This document shows, one piece after another, positions 39,136 to 49,839 of a DNA stretch of 64,000 bases; position 1 is the first letter of the stretch; each line of letters begins with the position of its first letter. The DNA is taken from NCBI GenBank assembly GCA_965248055.1, contig CBDFIJ010000004.1, positions 160,001-224,000 of the forward strand, given 5' to 3'. Source of the DNA: Candidatus Multivoradales bacterium. Its GTDB lineage: Bacteria; Acidobacteriota; Thermoanaerobaculia; Multivoradales; JAHEKO01. The position numbers were made by a program, and so were the translations under genes. The notes beneath the pieces are model-generated. The model was not told the DNA's origin. It ran no database searches and worked only from the letters and a program-made list of their open reading frames with translations.

Positions 39136-40566
39136 GAGTGTGTCCTAAAGTTAGTTGAAATTTGAAACGGCTCCTCAACCCGTGATTTGATGGAATTTCC
39201 AAGAGGCCATCAAGCCACAACGAGAAAAGGAGCCGATAGATGAGTGTTTTACATAGAGTCAAGAAACGCAAGAAGAATCGCAAGCTGGGTGAGGTCGAAG
39301 TCGTGAGCCACAGCCACTACGCTGCTCTTGAACTGGACACCAAAGTGGATCTAATTCGCTCTTTGGTGCCAATAGGTTTGATGCACATCCATGAGTTGCT
39401 GAACCAGGAAGTGACGTCTCTAGCAGGGGAGCGATACGCGCGCAAAGAGTCATCAACACAAGGTCGGCGTCACGGGAGTAACCCCGGCACGGTGGGCCTT
39501 GCTGGCCAACGAGTGCCGATCCAAGTGCCTCGGGTCCGCAGTGTTTCAGGGGGAGAGATTCCACTCTCGAGCTACGAAGCCCTGGGCAACGACCGGGAGG
39601 CCAACGATCTACTCCTAAGGCGGGTGCTCTACGGAATCTCATGCCGTGACTACGAAGCGGCAGCGGAGTCGATTCCAGGTGCCATCGGGCTGTCTAGCTC
39701 GACGGTCTCGCGTGGCTTTATTGAGGCCAGCGCAGCCAAGCTCAAAGAGTTTCAGCAACGCGACCTCGGTGGAGAGGATGTGGTTGCTCTGTTCTTGGAC
39801 GGTAAGACGTTTGCTGACACCACGATGGTAGTGGCTTTGGGCATCACGGCCAGCGGAGATAAACGCTTCCTGGGCTTTGTCGAGACGGGTACCGAGAACG
39901 AGAAGGTGTTGACGCCCTTTCTGCGCTCACTCATCGAGCGAGGTCTCGACATTTCCCAGGGCTTGCTGGTGATCATTGATGGTGGCAAGGGATTACGCTC
40001 GGCCGTTGCCAAGGCGTTTAAGGGTCGAGCCCTGGTGCAACGCTGCCAGTGGCACAAGCGTGAGAACGTGGTCAGCTATTTACCCAAGGGAGAACAGGCG
40101 CTGTGGCGCCAGAGGTTGCAGCGAGCTTACAACCGACCAGAATACGAGGAGGCTAAGACTGCGCTTGAGGAGCTCCGCCACGAGCTGGAAGATCGCAACC
40201 AGTCAGCGGCGGCCAGCCTGAGAGAAGGGCTGGAAGAGACCTTGACGCTGCATCAACTAGGACTCTACGGGGTCCTGGGTCGCTCGTTTAAAACTACCAA
40301 TTGTCTTGAGTCGATCAATGCAGCTGTCGAGGCCCGCTGCGCCAAGATCGACTACTGGAAAAATTCCAACCAACGGCAACGCTGGCTGGCCACCGCACTG
40401 CTGGATATCGAACCGCGGCTGAGACGAGTGATGGGCTACCGTCACTTGCCGCAACTACGAGAAGCCTTGATGAGGAAACTGAAGATCGAAAACAAGGAAG
40501 TGGCCGCAAGAGCGGCCTAAATCAACCGGAGCCGTGAATTGTTTCAACTAGGAATGGGATTGACTC
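39136..40566 (+). mobile_element. IS256-family insertion sequence (~1431 bp)
   Basis: Imperfect 25-bp IRs GAGTGTGTCCTAAAGTTAGTTGAAA (39136) and TTTCAACTAGGAATGGGATTGACTC (40542-40566) flank one transposase. Confidence 0.88.
39240..40520 (+). CDS. IS256-family (mutator-type DDE) transposase
   Basis: LFLDG, IIDGGKGL, QRCQWHK, TTNCLESIN; ORF intact. Confidence 0.93.
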   Translation: MSVLHRVKKRKKNRKLGEVEVVSHSHYAALELDTKVDLIRSLVPIGLMHIHELLNQEVTSLAGERYARKESSTQGRRHGSNPGTVGLAGQRVPIQVPRVRSVSGGEIPLSSYEALGNDREANDLLLRRVLYGISCRDYEAAAESIPGAIGLSSSTVSRGFIEASAAKLKEFQQRDLGGEDVVALFLDGKTFADTTMVVALGITASGDKRFLGFVETGTENEKVLTPFLRSLIERGLDISQGLLVIIDGGKGLRSAVAKAFKGRALVQRCQWHKRENVVSYLPKGEQALWRQRLQRAYNRPEYEEAKTALEELRHELEDRNQSAAASLREGLEETLTLHQLGLYGVLGRSFKTTNCLESINAAVEARCAKIDYWKNSNQRQRWLATALLDIEPRLRRVMGYRHLPQLREALMRKLKIENKEVAARAA

Positions 40567-40643
40567 TGGCAGATAGGGTTGGGCCCAAAGGGGCTACATA
40601 CCGGTCTACACCACCTGGACAACGAGTTGTACCACCTACCGAG

Positions 40644-42842
40644 CTACGGGCAGATCAATACGGGGTCTAGGATCACTTCAAGCTGGTTTGAAACCATAGT
40701 TTCGTTGCTGAAGCTCACCCGTTCACCGGCGCGGAGTGTGGTCGGGTATCCCTGCAGGTGCGCGTCGACCACGGTCAACGCGCTATACGCTTCCCTGGTC
40801 TCGGTATAGACGTTGCCAAACACGATTTGTTTCGGGCGGTCTGGGCAAGCTGCGGTTGCTTTCGACAACGCAAAATCAACCCCAAGTCGCACCTCTCCCA
40901 ATCCCACCGTAATCGGTGTCCCCAACGCAACAGCACAATTCGACGAATCACAAGGAATGTCGTCGTATGCCTCATCGAAATAGCTGCCATTGTTCCAGGT
41001 GAAAGCGAAATACGTCCCCGGTTCGATTCCGTCATTGATGAAGTACTGCCCCAACAGGTCGCAGTATCCGTACGTCAGATACGAGCCTGATTCATCGTAG
41101 AGGTAGACATAGACCGTACTCAACGGTTGGCCGGACGATTCGGCAGTCACTGTTCCGGTCACCGCCGCACTTCGAGGCAGCACAAAGTCTATTCCCGAAG
41201 TTTCGCTGCCATCGGTAACACTGATCGAAATCCCGGGAAGCGGGTTGCAGTCATCTCCACAATACAGTCCGGAATACACCTCACCCAAATACCCATCCGC
41301 TGGCTCAGCCACGGCAAGATAAGCACCTGCAAGAAGTGGAGAACCATTGCCGTAGTTTCCAGCACTGGATGGGTACATGGTCATAACATAGTCTCCGGTC
41401 AACTCATGTAACTCGACTTGAGAGGAAAGAGGTAAACCGGAATCCGCTGCGGCGACATGACCCGTGATCGCACCGGACTCCAGCAACGTAAAGTTCACAC
41501 CGCCACTCACGTTGTTCTCGGAAACCGAGATGGAGGTTCCTAAAGTCTCATCGCAGTACATTGGACAGTACAACTCGTCGTAGAGTTCGCCAAAAAATCT
41601 GCCCTGCCCTTCCGCCGTCGCGGTGTAACTGCCAGTCGGCAGCGCGCGCTCCGTCTGGTATCTGCCATCCGCAAGGCTATAGGTAGATTCAACCCAATAA
41701 CCACTCCCGTCAAAGATCTCAATACGAGCGTTTGCCAAGGGTGCTCCTCCCATTTGCGCTGTTACCGATCCAGTAACTACTCCGCCACGGTCGAGCACGA
41801 AATCAATTCCTGTAGCTGTAGCCCCATCCGTGACCACAACAGCGGTACCACTGGTTGGATCGCAACTGTAATCATGACATTCGATGTCGTCATACAATTC
41901 CGCCAGATAAGGGGGATCAGTATCCGCTTTGACGGTATAACTCCCCGGACTAAGACCAGTTACCGAGTATCCACCCGTGGCATCGGTGTAGGCGTAATCC
42001 ACTTGATCGCCCGCTAGCCATATTTCAACCTGCTCGTCTTTGATCGGGGTCCCGGTCCCGAATTCGGTGAGAACTCCTTCAATTGCCCCGGCAAGACCGT
42101 TGGTAAGAACCACCGAGCCAGAACCATATCCACCGATTCGAACCAGAATCGTTTCACCAGACGCCATCGTGCGAACGATCCGGGATGTACCCCCAGGTCC
42201 GTCATCATCATCGCAGTCGAGCTGGTTGTCCATGGTTCCCGGGCAACTCGGATGAAGCGATAGCACAGTGTCGAAATTTGACCCTGCGGTGGAAAAAGCA
42301 ACGTCGCCAGCCGCAGGTGCAGTGTAGGAAAACCAGATATCAGGGTTGTTGGAGCCACCACAGTAGGAACTCCCATCGTTAGTGGCTTCGGTGGTGTCCC
42401 CGTTGAAAATACCGTTGCCAATTACTGTTGCGCTGGCGCAGTCGTCGTTGGCTGGGACTGCATTGACGCTGATCCCCTGACGCCTCGGCTCAACCACCTG
42501 CCCACTCTTGCCGGTAAGTCTCCGCCCTATCTCGCGTGCCTGCTCCAGAAGCCGGGTCCATTCGGCCAAGCTCAACTCTGGGTCGCGAGTCGCTAGCTCA
42601 AGCCGAGCATGCTCACGCCGGACTTGGCCCCAGGCCCTCCGATAGGCATCCAAATCTCCCTCAGGGTTTTCAACAATGTAGGTATTTCGGTACTCCACCA
42701 ACGTGCGCTGCAAATCCGCGAGTTCTATCGCCACCAGACGTTGGATCTTATCTACATCAGCATTCGGCGATATGGGTTCGGCACCCGAGGCACCCGATCC
42801 CAAGATGGTCAGTGCCAACATCCAAGTAAGAACTGAACGCAT
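40644..42842 (-). CDS. secreted protein with four carboxypeptidase-regulatory-like (Ig-type) Cys-rich repeats
   Basis: Signal peptide, helical segment, PANDDC domain, four repeats ending E(L/V/A)Y....C....C....GT.I.V......G.DF.L. Confidence 0.85.
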   Translation of the reverse strand: MRSVLTWMLALTILGSGASGAEPISPNADVDKIQRLVAIELADLQRTLVEYRNTYIVENPEGDLDAYRRAWGQVRREHARLELATRDPELSLAEWTRLLEQAREIGRRLTGKSGQVVEPRRQGISVNAVPANDDCASATVIGNGIFNGDTTEATNDGSSYCGGSNNPDIWFSYTAPAAGDVAFSTAGSNFDTVLSLHPSCPGTMDNQLDCDDDDGPGGTSRIVRTMASGETILVRIGGYGSGSVVLTNGLAGAIEGVLTEFGTGTPIKDEQVEIWLAGDQVDYAYTDATGGYSVTGLSPGSYTVKADTDPPYLAELYDDIECHDYSCDPTSGTAVVVTDGATATGIDFVLDRGGVVTGSVTAQMGGAPLANARIEIFDGSGYWVESTYSLADGRYQTERALPTGSYTATAEGQGRFFGELYDELYCPMYCDETLGTSISVSENNVSGGVNFTLLESGAITGHVAAADSGLPLSSQVELHELTGDYVMTMYPSSAGNYGNGSPLLAGAYLAVAEPADGYLGEVYSGLYCGDDCNPLPGISISVTDGSETSGIDFVLPRSAAVTGTVTAESSGQPLSTVYVYLYDESGSYLTYGYCDLLGQYFINDGIEPGTYFAFTWNNGSYFDEAYDDIPCDSSNCAVALGTPITVGLGEVRLGVDFALSKATAACPDRPKQIVFGNVYTETREAYSALTVVDAHLQGYPTTLRAGERVSFSNETMVSNQLEVILDPVLICP

Positions 42843-42953
42843 GTCCCCTCCCGCAATCAACCACTCGCTTTGCAGCGACTCAACGTAACTGACCTACTGT
42901 AGCACTGATCGATATCTGCTCGCGATACCGAGAGACCGAGAGACCGAGTGAAG

Positions 42954-44375
42954 CTAAAAGTGAATCGCTTCACCCAAGGCTGCGTGCGCAGCTTCCGCCA
43001 TGCCTTCACCCAATGTCGGGTGGGCATGGATGGTGCGGATGATTTCTTCGGTAGTGGCTTCGGTGCGTAGGATGATTCCGGCCTCGGCGATCAGGTCTGT
43101 GGCGTGGGGGCCGATGATCTGCACCCCAAGGACTTGGTCGTACTGGGTTTCGCGGACAATCTTGAGAAAGCCCGCAGTCTTGCTCAGGATGCCAGCCTTG
43201 GCCAACGCGGAAAACGGAAACTTGCCAACTTCGACCGAGTAGCCACGCTCCCGAGCGGTCGCTTCGGTCAGCCCCACTGACGCGACCTCAGGATCACAGT
43301 AGGTGCAGGAAGGCACCTGGTCGTAGTTGATCGGCTGCACTTGGTGGCCGGCCATGTGCTCAACGGCCAAGATCCCCTCGGCGGAAGCCACGTGGGCCAA
43401 CTGGGGAGTGGCGACGATGTCGCCGATGGCGTAAACCCTAGGCGCTGATGTGCGCATCAGTTTATCCACCGGGATAAAGCCCCGATCAAGGCTGATCCCC
43501 AGCCCCTCCAGCCCCAGGTTCGCGGTAACCGGTGCCCGCCCCACGGCCACCAGCAGTTTCTCCACTTCTACCGATTCGCTCCGCTCGGTGCCAGCAACGC
43601 TCAAGTTGAGGCCGTTGAGGGTATGTTCAATCGACTGCAACTTTGACCCCAGCATGGAACGAATGCGCCGACGTCGAAAGGTCTTCTGTAATTCCTTGGC
43701 AAGCTCCGGATCCTCGATCGGCAGCAATCGATCTTCCATCTCAACGAGGGTGACCGAACTACCAAACGAACAGTAGATCGAAGCGAATTCCACTCCCACC
43801 GCACCCGCCCCCAGAACCGCCAACGAACTGGGTACCTGATCCAGATTGAGAATGTGATCCGAGTTCAGAACTCGCTCTCCGTCGGTAGGGGCAAAGGGAA
43901 CCTCACGCGGTACCGAGCCCGTCGCTAACAAAATGTGCTTGGCTCGATAGTGAGAGACGCCATCCGGCCCTTCGACCTCGACTTCGTTCGCAGCCACTAG
44001 ACGGCCGCGACCGCGAATGCCGATTACCCGGTTCTTGCGAAACAGAAACTCAATGCCCTTGGCGTTCTTATCCACCACACCATTCTTGTAGGCCTGCGCT
44101 TTCGGAAAGTTGAGCTCGGCGGCTGCGACTTCTACTCCAAACTTGGAGGCATGGCGTGTTTGCTCCAGCACCTCCGCGGTGTGCAGCAGAGCCTTGGTCG
44201 GAATGCATCCGCGATGGAGACAAGTGCCACCGAATTTCGGGTCTTTTTCCACCACCGCCACTCGCATCCCCAGTTGGGCTGCGCGAATCGCCGCGACATA
44301 ACCGCCCGGACCGCTGCCGATAACAATCAGGTCTTTATGATTTTCGCTGTCGTGAACTGGATCGGTCACCATCAC
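42954..44375 (-). CDS. lpdA: dihydrolipoyl dehydrogenase
   Basis: GSGPGGY, GGTCLHRGCIPTK, GAGAVGVE, YAIGD, HAHPTLGE. Confidence 0.97.
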   Translation of the reverse strand: MMVTDPVHDSENHKDLIVIGSGPGGYVAAIRAAQLGMRVAVVEKDPKFGGTCLHRGCIPTKALLHTAEVLEQTRHASKFGVEVAAAELNFPKAQAYKNGVVDKNAKGIEFLFRKNRVIGIRGRGRLVAANEVEVEGPDGVSHYRAKHILLATGSVPREVPFAPTDGERVLNSDHILNLDQVPSSLAVLGAGAVGVEFASIYCSFGSSVTLVEMEDRLLPIEDPELAKELQKTFRRRRIRSMLGSKLQSIEHTLNGLNLSVAGTERSESVEVEKLLVAVGRAPVTANLGLEGLGISLDRGFIPVDKLMRTSAPRVYAIGDIVATPQLAHVASAEGILAVEHMAGHQVQPINYDQVPSCTYCDPEVASVGLTEATARERGYSVEVGKFPFSALAKAGILSKTAGFLKIVRETQYDQVLGVQIIGPHATDLIAEAGIILRTEATTEEIIRTIHAHPTLGEGMAEAAHAALGEAIHF

Positions 44376-45262
44376 TCCTCCACTGCAACCGGCCGGTATC
44401 GACCCGAGGCCGTTTCCTCAATTCGAGCCCAAGGTTGGTATGCGTCGTGTTGAAAAAACCCTAACCAGCCTTCTTCTGCTGCCCTCGGAATCCACATCTT
44501 CTTGCTCTCTAGGGTGGTCATCGGATAGAGGTCGTAGCCCATGATCCAAGGATAGGGAATATGGGCGCGGGTGGGGATCAAGTCAGCCCAAAAGATCCCC
44601 TTTCCATCATCTCCCTGGTCCTGGCTGCCCCCATTCAGAGTGACCACACACATGTCCGCATTGTGTCCCGGCGCCTCAACCACTTCCACCCCCGTCGCGG
44701 GTTGCGCTCGGTCGTCAAAAAGCTCCACTACCCCGGCCTCAAACAGCGGCTCCCAATTGACCGGCAGATAGCTAGCACCATCTCTTTCACTCGGGTTACG
44801 CGCATGCTCAACCTCCCCGCGGGATAACCAATAGCGCGCCCGGGGGAAAGTGGGGACCATCCGGCCATTCTCCTCCACCGCATTCCAACCGCAGTGATCG
44901 AAATGCAGATGAGAAAGCACCACGTGCGTGATGTCGCCCAACTGATACCCCGCCGCGGCGATGGAGTCGAGCAAGGTAGGCCCCTCGGGGTCGACAGTGT
45001 GAATCTCTAGGAACTTGTCACTGTGTTTGCGACCGATTCCAGTGTCTACCAAAACCAGATCGCTTCCGGACTCGATCAACAACGAGTTGGTGTCCATCAA
45101 GATCCGATTCTTGTCATCCGCCGGCTGTTGTTTTTGCCACAACACCTTGGGTACAACGCCAAACATCGCTCCTCCATCCAGGCGGAACTGGCCGTCGGTA
45201 ACCCGGGTCAGGGTCAACGACCCCAACCGTCGAACGGAATCGTGGTTTGGGGTGGCAGACAT
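44372..45262 (-). CDS. MBL-fold metallo-hydrolase (YtnP-like)
   Basis: LDGGAMFGVVPK, SHLHFDHCG, PGH, MGYDLYP. Confidence 0.92.
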   Translation of the reverse strand: MSATPNHDSVRRLGSLTLTRVTDGQFRLDGGAMFGVVPKVLWQKQQPADDKNRILMDTNSLLIESGSDLVLVDTGIGRKHSDKFLEIHTVDPEGPTLLDSIAAAGYQLGDITHVVLSHLHFDHCGWNAVEENGRMVPTFPRARYWLSRGEVEHARNPSERDGASYLPVNWEPLFEAGVVELFDDRAQPATGVEVVEAPGHNADMCVVTLNGGSQDQGDDGKGIFWADLIPTRAHIPYPWIMGYDLYPMTTLESKKMWIPRAAEEGWLGFFQHDAYQPWARIEETASGRYRPVAVEE

Positions 45263-45412
45263 GTAAGGAAGTCTAGCTCGAAGTGGCCGGATTATGCCGC
45301 CGATAAGTTGGCACCAGAATGATTTGCGTGGAGTGCAATTGTCACCCCGTCAACAGATTGGCGACCACTCGTAGCCAACCGTCAGCCTCCGCCTCTCATA
45401 CAATAAGCATCC

Positions 45413-46564
45413 ATGAACCAAGAATCCGACAACGGCCTAGCGATCGTCCTCACCGGCGGTGGAGCCCGGGCGGCTTACCAGGTGGGCTTTTTACGCTGCT
45501 TGGCCAAGATCGTTCCGGAAGCCCGTTTTTCGATCATCACCGGGGTTTCTGCAGGAGCGATCAATGCCGTTTACTTGGCCAACCACCCCGGTTCCATTGC
45601 GCAGGCCGCAGAAGGACTGACCCAACTGTGGTGGGATCTGGAGATCCCCGACGTGTTTTGTGCGTCCCCAGGATACATTGCTAAGAACGGCGTGCGATGG
45701 CTGACCAATCTGTTGTCCGGGGGCTCGAATTTGGCCTCGCAGCCACGAGGATTCGTTGACACGCAGCCATTGCGAAAGCTCCTGAGTCGGGCTCTGGATT
45801 CCGACGGTGACGGAAAGGTCTCCGGAATCCGCCACAACATCGACAGTGGACGACTCAAGGCCCTGGCGTTGACCACCCTCAATTACTCCACCGGGCAAAC
45901 CGTCACTTGGATCGAAGGATCTGACCTCCAAGATTGGGAACGCCCTTATCGCCGCAGTCGGCAGACCGAAATCGGTATCGAACACCTAATGGCCTCGGCC
46001 GCTATCCCGTTGTTTTTCCCTGCTGTACGTATCGGCAACTCCTGGTTCGGCGATGGCGGGGTGCGCTTGACTGCACCGCTGTCTCCTGCACTACACCTGG
46101 GTGCCAAGCGAATCTTGGCGATCTCGACCCGTTATCCGCGCACCATCGAAGAGGCTGACCAACCGGTAGTGGATGGCTACCCACCCCCAGCGCAAGTTCT
46201 GGGCAATCTGGCGAACTCGGTGTTTCTTGATCTTCTCGACCAAGACGTCGAACGAGCGCGCAAGGTCAATCAGCTGTTGGTCAAACTGCCGCCCGAGGAA
46301 CGGGATGGTATGGAGATGCTCGACATCCGCGTACTCAGGCCGTCTGAAGACCTGGGCAAGCTGGCCGCGGAATACGAGCCGAAGTTACCCACAACCTTTC
46401 GTTTCATGACTCGCGGCTGGGGAACCCGCAAAACCTCAAGTCCCGATTCCATTTCGTTGGTGATGTTTCAACCGGATTACATACGACGGTTGATCGGCCT
46501 GGGCGAGAAAGATGCCGAGGCCCAGCGCGACAAACTTGCGGCGTTTTTTCGCTGGGTTTCGTAG
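45413..46564 (+). CDS. patatin-like phospholipase
   Basis: GGGARAAYQVG, GVSAG, ASAAIP, DGG. Confidence 0.93.
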   Translation: MNQESDNGLAIVLTGGGARAAYQVGFLRCLAKIVPEARFSIITGVSAGAINAVYLANHPGSIAQAAEGLTQLWWDLEIPDVFCASPGYIAKNGVRWLTNLLSGGSNLASQPRGFVDTQPLRKLLSRALDSDGDGKVSGIRHNIDSGRLKALALTTLNYSTGQTVTWIEGSDLQDWERPYRRSRQTEIGIEHLMASAAIPLFFPAVRIGNSWFGDGGVRLTAPLSPALHLGAKRILAISTRYPRTIEEADQPVVDGYPPPAQVLGNLANSVFLDLLDQDVERARKVNQLLVKLPPEERDGMEMLDIRVLRPSEDLGKLAAEYEPKLPTTFRFMTRGWGTRKTSSPDSISLVMFQPDYIRRLIGLGEKDAEAQRDKLAAFFRWVS

Positions 46565-46587
46565 CCGTCAGGCGGTATGTCCACCAT

Positions 46588-46749
46588 CGTCATCTCCGTA
46601 GAGCCTGCCCCAGCGTGAGGGGGAAGGGGGGCTGAGGGAGAGGTTTCTTGGGGGGGTCGGAGATCTTCATCAACGCCAGAGACGGGCGGTACGGGATTGC
46701 GACTTCCAATAGATCCCGGCCCCCCACCCTCACACCCGCCGGGATGACG
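46588..46749. repeat. nested palindromic (REP/MITE-like) element between convergent genes
   Basis: Termini CGTCATC/GATGACG; internal pairs GTGAGGG/CCCTCAC and GGGGGGTCGGAGATCT/AGATCCCGGCCCCCC. Confidence 0.6.
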
Positions 46750-46797
46750 TGCGCGGAGGGGACAGGCCCCTCCCGCTGCTTGTAAAGAACTCGATCT

Positions 46798-47856
46798 TCA
46801 AGCGATCGAGATGTCTGGATTCAAATAGACATCCTGGATCGCATTGAGCAACTCAACGCCTTCCGCCATCGGCCGTTGAAAGGCTTTGCGTCCAGAGATC
46901 AAGCCCATGCCACCGGCGCGTTTGTTGATCACCGCGGTGCGCACCGCCTGGGCCAAATCACTCTCGCCGCCCGAGGACCCGCCAGAGTTGATCAAGCCGA
47001 TGCGACCCATGTAGCAATTGGCCACCTGCCAACGAACTAGGTCGATTGGATGATCGGTGGTCAGTTGGTCATAGACCAGCTGATGGGTTTTGCCAAAACC
47101 CAATGCCGGATAGCCCCCGTTCTTGGTTGCCTGTTTTTGCTTGATGATGTCGGCCTCTATCGTGACGCCAAGATGATTGGCCTGACCGGTCAAGTCCGCC
47201 GAATCATGGAAATCGACCCCATCTTGGTTGAATTCGCTGTTGCGCAAATAGCACCAAAGGATGGTTGCCATGCCCAACTCGTGCGCCCGATAGAAGCACT
47301 CGGCAATCTCGACCAACATCTCATTGGTATTGGCGGCGCCAAAGTAAACCGTGGCACCAACCGCCGACGCTCCCAGATCCCAAGCCTGATCGACCTGTGA
47401 ATAGAGGGCCTGGTGGTAGTCGCCGCCAGGGGTGAGCAGTTGGTTGTGATTGATTTTGACGATGAAAGGAATCTTGTGTGCGTACTTGCGTGACATCGAC
47501 CCGAGGACACCCAAGGTCGAAGCGACACCGTTACAGCCTCCCTCGGCGGCAAGCCGGACAATGTTCTCGGGGTCGAAATACACCGGGTTGGGGGCAAAGG
47601 ACGCCGCGGCTGAATGCTCGATCCCTTGGTCTACCGGCAGGATCGAAATGTATCCAGTGCCTGCTAGGCGACCAGAACTCAACAATCGGTTGAGACTCAC
47701 CAAGGTCTGAGGATTGCGATCCGAAACGCCGAACACCCGATCGATGTGATCCGGTCCGGGCAAATGAAGATCCTCTTTGGCAATCGCCGGAGCGTCGTAG
47801 CCGAGCAGAGACTCAGCCTCGCCAGCCAGTAGTTCGGTAACACGATCAATGTTCAT
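46798..47856 (-). CDS. fbaB: class I fructose-bisphosphate aldolase (DhnA type)
   Basis: [39 protein letters not shown]. Confidence 0.96.
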   Translation of the reverse strand: MNIDRVTELLAGEAESLLGYDAPAIAKEDLHLPGPDHIDRVFGVSDRNPQTLVSLNRLLSSGRLAGTGYISILPVDQGIEHSAAASFAPNPVYFDPENIVRLAAEGGCNGVASTLGVLGSMSRKYAHKIPFIVKINHNQLLTPGGDYHQALYSQVDQAWDLGASAVGATVYFGAANTNEMLVEIAECFYRAHELGMATILWCYLRNSEFNQDGVDFHDSADLTGQANHLGVTIEADIIKQKQATKNGGYPALGFGKTHQLVYDQLTTDHPIDLVRWQVANCYMGRIGLINSGGSSGGESDLAQAVRTAVINKRAGGMGLISGRKAFQRPMAEGVELLNAIQDVYLNPDISIA

Positions 47857-47920
47857 AAGTAGTTCCTAATCCGATCCTTGGTTCACCCGATGAGTATATG
47901 AAACCGACAGCCAACCTCTC

Positions 47921-48544
47921 CTAGTTCGGCGAGGTCTCGATCAACTCGGGAGCCGCAGACAGGCCGAGCCGATCCAGGAGATTCTCGATCACCCGTGCGG
48001 TCATGCCCCAAATTTGGTGACGACCGACATGGTAAATGCGCACCCAGCGTTCTCCTTCGTTGACCATCACCGAGCGCTCCTCAACCCATTGAGGGTTGGC
48101 ACAGGCTGACAGCGGGACCGAAAACACTTCTTCGACCTCACCTTGGTCGGCTTCGACCTTGAGCGGGAACGGAACCACTCCCACAGTGGGCACTACACGG
48201 TATCCGCTGACGCTACGCAGCTCGTCAAGGTCGCCCAAACGCAGCACCGATTTCGCTTCCAATCCGATCTCCTCATGGGCTTCTCGTAGCGCCGCCTGCC
48301 ATAGGTCTTCCCCTGACTCAACGCCGCCACCGGGAAACGCGATCTGGCCACCGTGATGACGCAACTCTTCGCTGCGCCGGACTAGCACCGTCCACAGCTC
48401 GCCAGCGTTAACGTAGAGCGGAACTAAAACCGCAGCTTGACGGTCGTCGTTGGGCGGCAGACGGGTGGCAGGCGGTGCCTCAAGTCGACCCCGCACTTCC
48501 TGAATCCAGGGAACAAACTCATTCATCGCGACCTCATCCTTCAA
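47921..48544 (-). CDS. Nudix CoA pyrophosphatase (NudL-like)
   Basis: AAVLVPL, HGGQIAFPGG, ALREAHEEIGL, IWGMTA. Confidence 0.9.
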   Translation of the reverse strand: MKDEVAMNEFVPWIQEVRGRLEAPPATRLPPNDDRQAAVLVPLYVNAGELWTVLVRRSEELRHHGGQIAFPGGGVESGEDLWQAALREAHEEIGLEAKSVLRLGDLDELRSVSGYRVVPTVGVVPFPLKVEADQGEVEEVFSVPLSACANPQWVEERSVMVNEGERWVRIYHVGRHQIWGMTARVIENLLDRLGLSAAPELIETSPN

Positions 48545-49839
48545 ATTTTGTCCAGAACCCGAACCCGAATCGGCGCCTGCAGAGCGCGGGGAAAACGGAA
48601 ATGGAGTACGTAGACCTGGACGGGGTCACCACTCCACCCAACCCGGTGTCGGCGACCAGACCCCAGGTCAATCGAGAACCCAACACCCCCGTCGCCGCGA
48701 AATAGACTATCCCCAGCCACCCCTCCACGCACGGCGATGTCGGTTCCCGCTTGGCCCCCGCAATCGAGCCATATTTGCGAAATCGCTACTCGAGAGCTGA
48801 TCACCAGGCTGCCCCATTCACCGCCGGGAACCTTCCAAGCCCCACGGTCGGGCTCCATATCCGGCGACCAAACCTCCATCGGCCCCGCAGTCAATAGCAT
48901 GTTCACCGCCGACCTGGGCAGTGTTTCCACCGGCAACAGACGAGTCACCTGAGTGGGTCGGCGCAAGTCTGGAGCCTCCAGACCTGGCAACCGGCCCCAC
49001 CATTGGGGCAATAAGATCGCCATAGCAACTAGCGACACCAGCACCAAACTCCAACGCGGAGCACTCCTGGCAGGAACGATCAGCAGCGCACCATAGAGAG
49101 GCAGAAACCAACCGTTGCCGGGGAGGCTGGTGTTTGCCAACCAGTCGAACGGCCAAAAACAGCAGAGCACCAAACAACTGACCAAGCTCGCCCAAACAAC
49201 GCTACTGCCTAATCCACGAAACTTGTGCAACGCCAATAGCAATAGCAGTGGCAAGAAATATGGGATTACCCCAAAAGATCGACCCAAGCTGAACTCGAGA
49301 CTGGCCCATAAGGCGGCAGCATCGACTCCCGACTGCACGGTGCCCAAAGCAGCCATCCAACCACCGCCAATCGGCGCCGGCAGCAAGGTGGTCAACAGTG
49401 TCGTGGTCAGCAATCCGACGATCATCGCCACGCCAGCAACTGCACGACGCACCCAGCCTTGCAACAGAAGAATTAGGCCTACGCCGAGCGCCAAATACGC
49501 CGGATGGCCCACTACCACTAGCCCAGCCAACAAGCCGACCAAGATCGGCGTCATCCGTGCTCTGGATTTAGACTCGGGATACCCTTCCGCAAGCGTGTCC
49601 ATGGACCAACCCCGTTCCCGCGAGCCGATCGATGCTGCCAAAGCGGCTGCCGCAAACCGAAGGATCGCTCCATCTCCAGCACCCAAATAGAAGGGCACCG
49701 CGGAGGCCAGAATCGCGACCATCACCAGCCCCAACGCCGGTCGCGTTCGGCACTCCAGGGTGCGCACCGCTTCAAACCCCGCGACCACAAGCAACGCAAC
49801 ATCGAGAAGAAACAGCAGCATCAGATCGACTCCACCCAC
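48541..49839 (-). CDS. polytopic membrane protein with a soluble C-terminal domain
   Basis: Many hydrophobic segments; in the operon between the glycosyltransferase and the Nudix gene. Start uncertain. Confidence 0.65.
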   Translation of the reverse strand: MGGVDLMLLFLLDVALLVVAGFEAVRTLECRTRPALGLVMVAILASAVPFYLGAGDGAILRFAAAALAASIGSRERGWSMDTLAEGYPESKSRARMTPILVGLLAGLVVVGHPAYLALGVGLILLLQGWVRRAVAGVAMIVGLLTTTLLTTLLPAPIGGGWMAALGTVQSGVDAAALWASLEFSLGRSFGVIPYFLPLLLLLALHKFRGLGSSVVWASLVSCLVLCCFWPFDWLANTSLPGNGWFLPLYGALLIVPARSAPRWSLVLVSLVAMAILLPQWWGRLPGLEAPDLRRPTQVTRLLPVETLPRSAVNMLLTAGPMEVWSPDMEPDRGAWKVPGGEWGSLVISSRVAISQIWLDCGGQAGTDIAVRGGVAGDSLFRGDGGVGFSIDLGSGRRHRVGWSGDPVQVYVLHFRFPRALQAPIRVRVLDKI

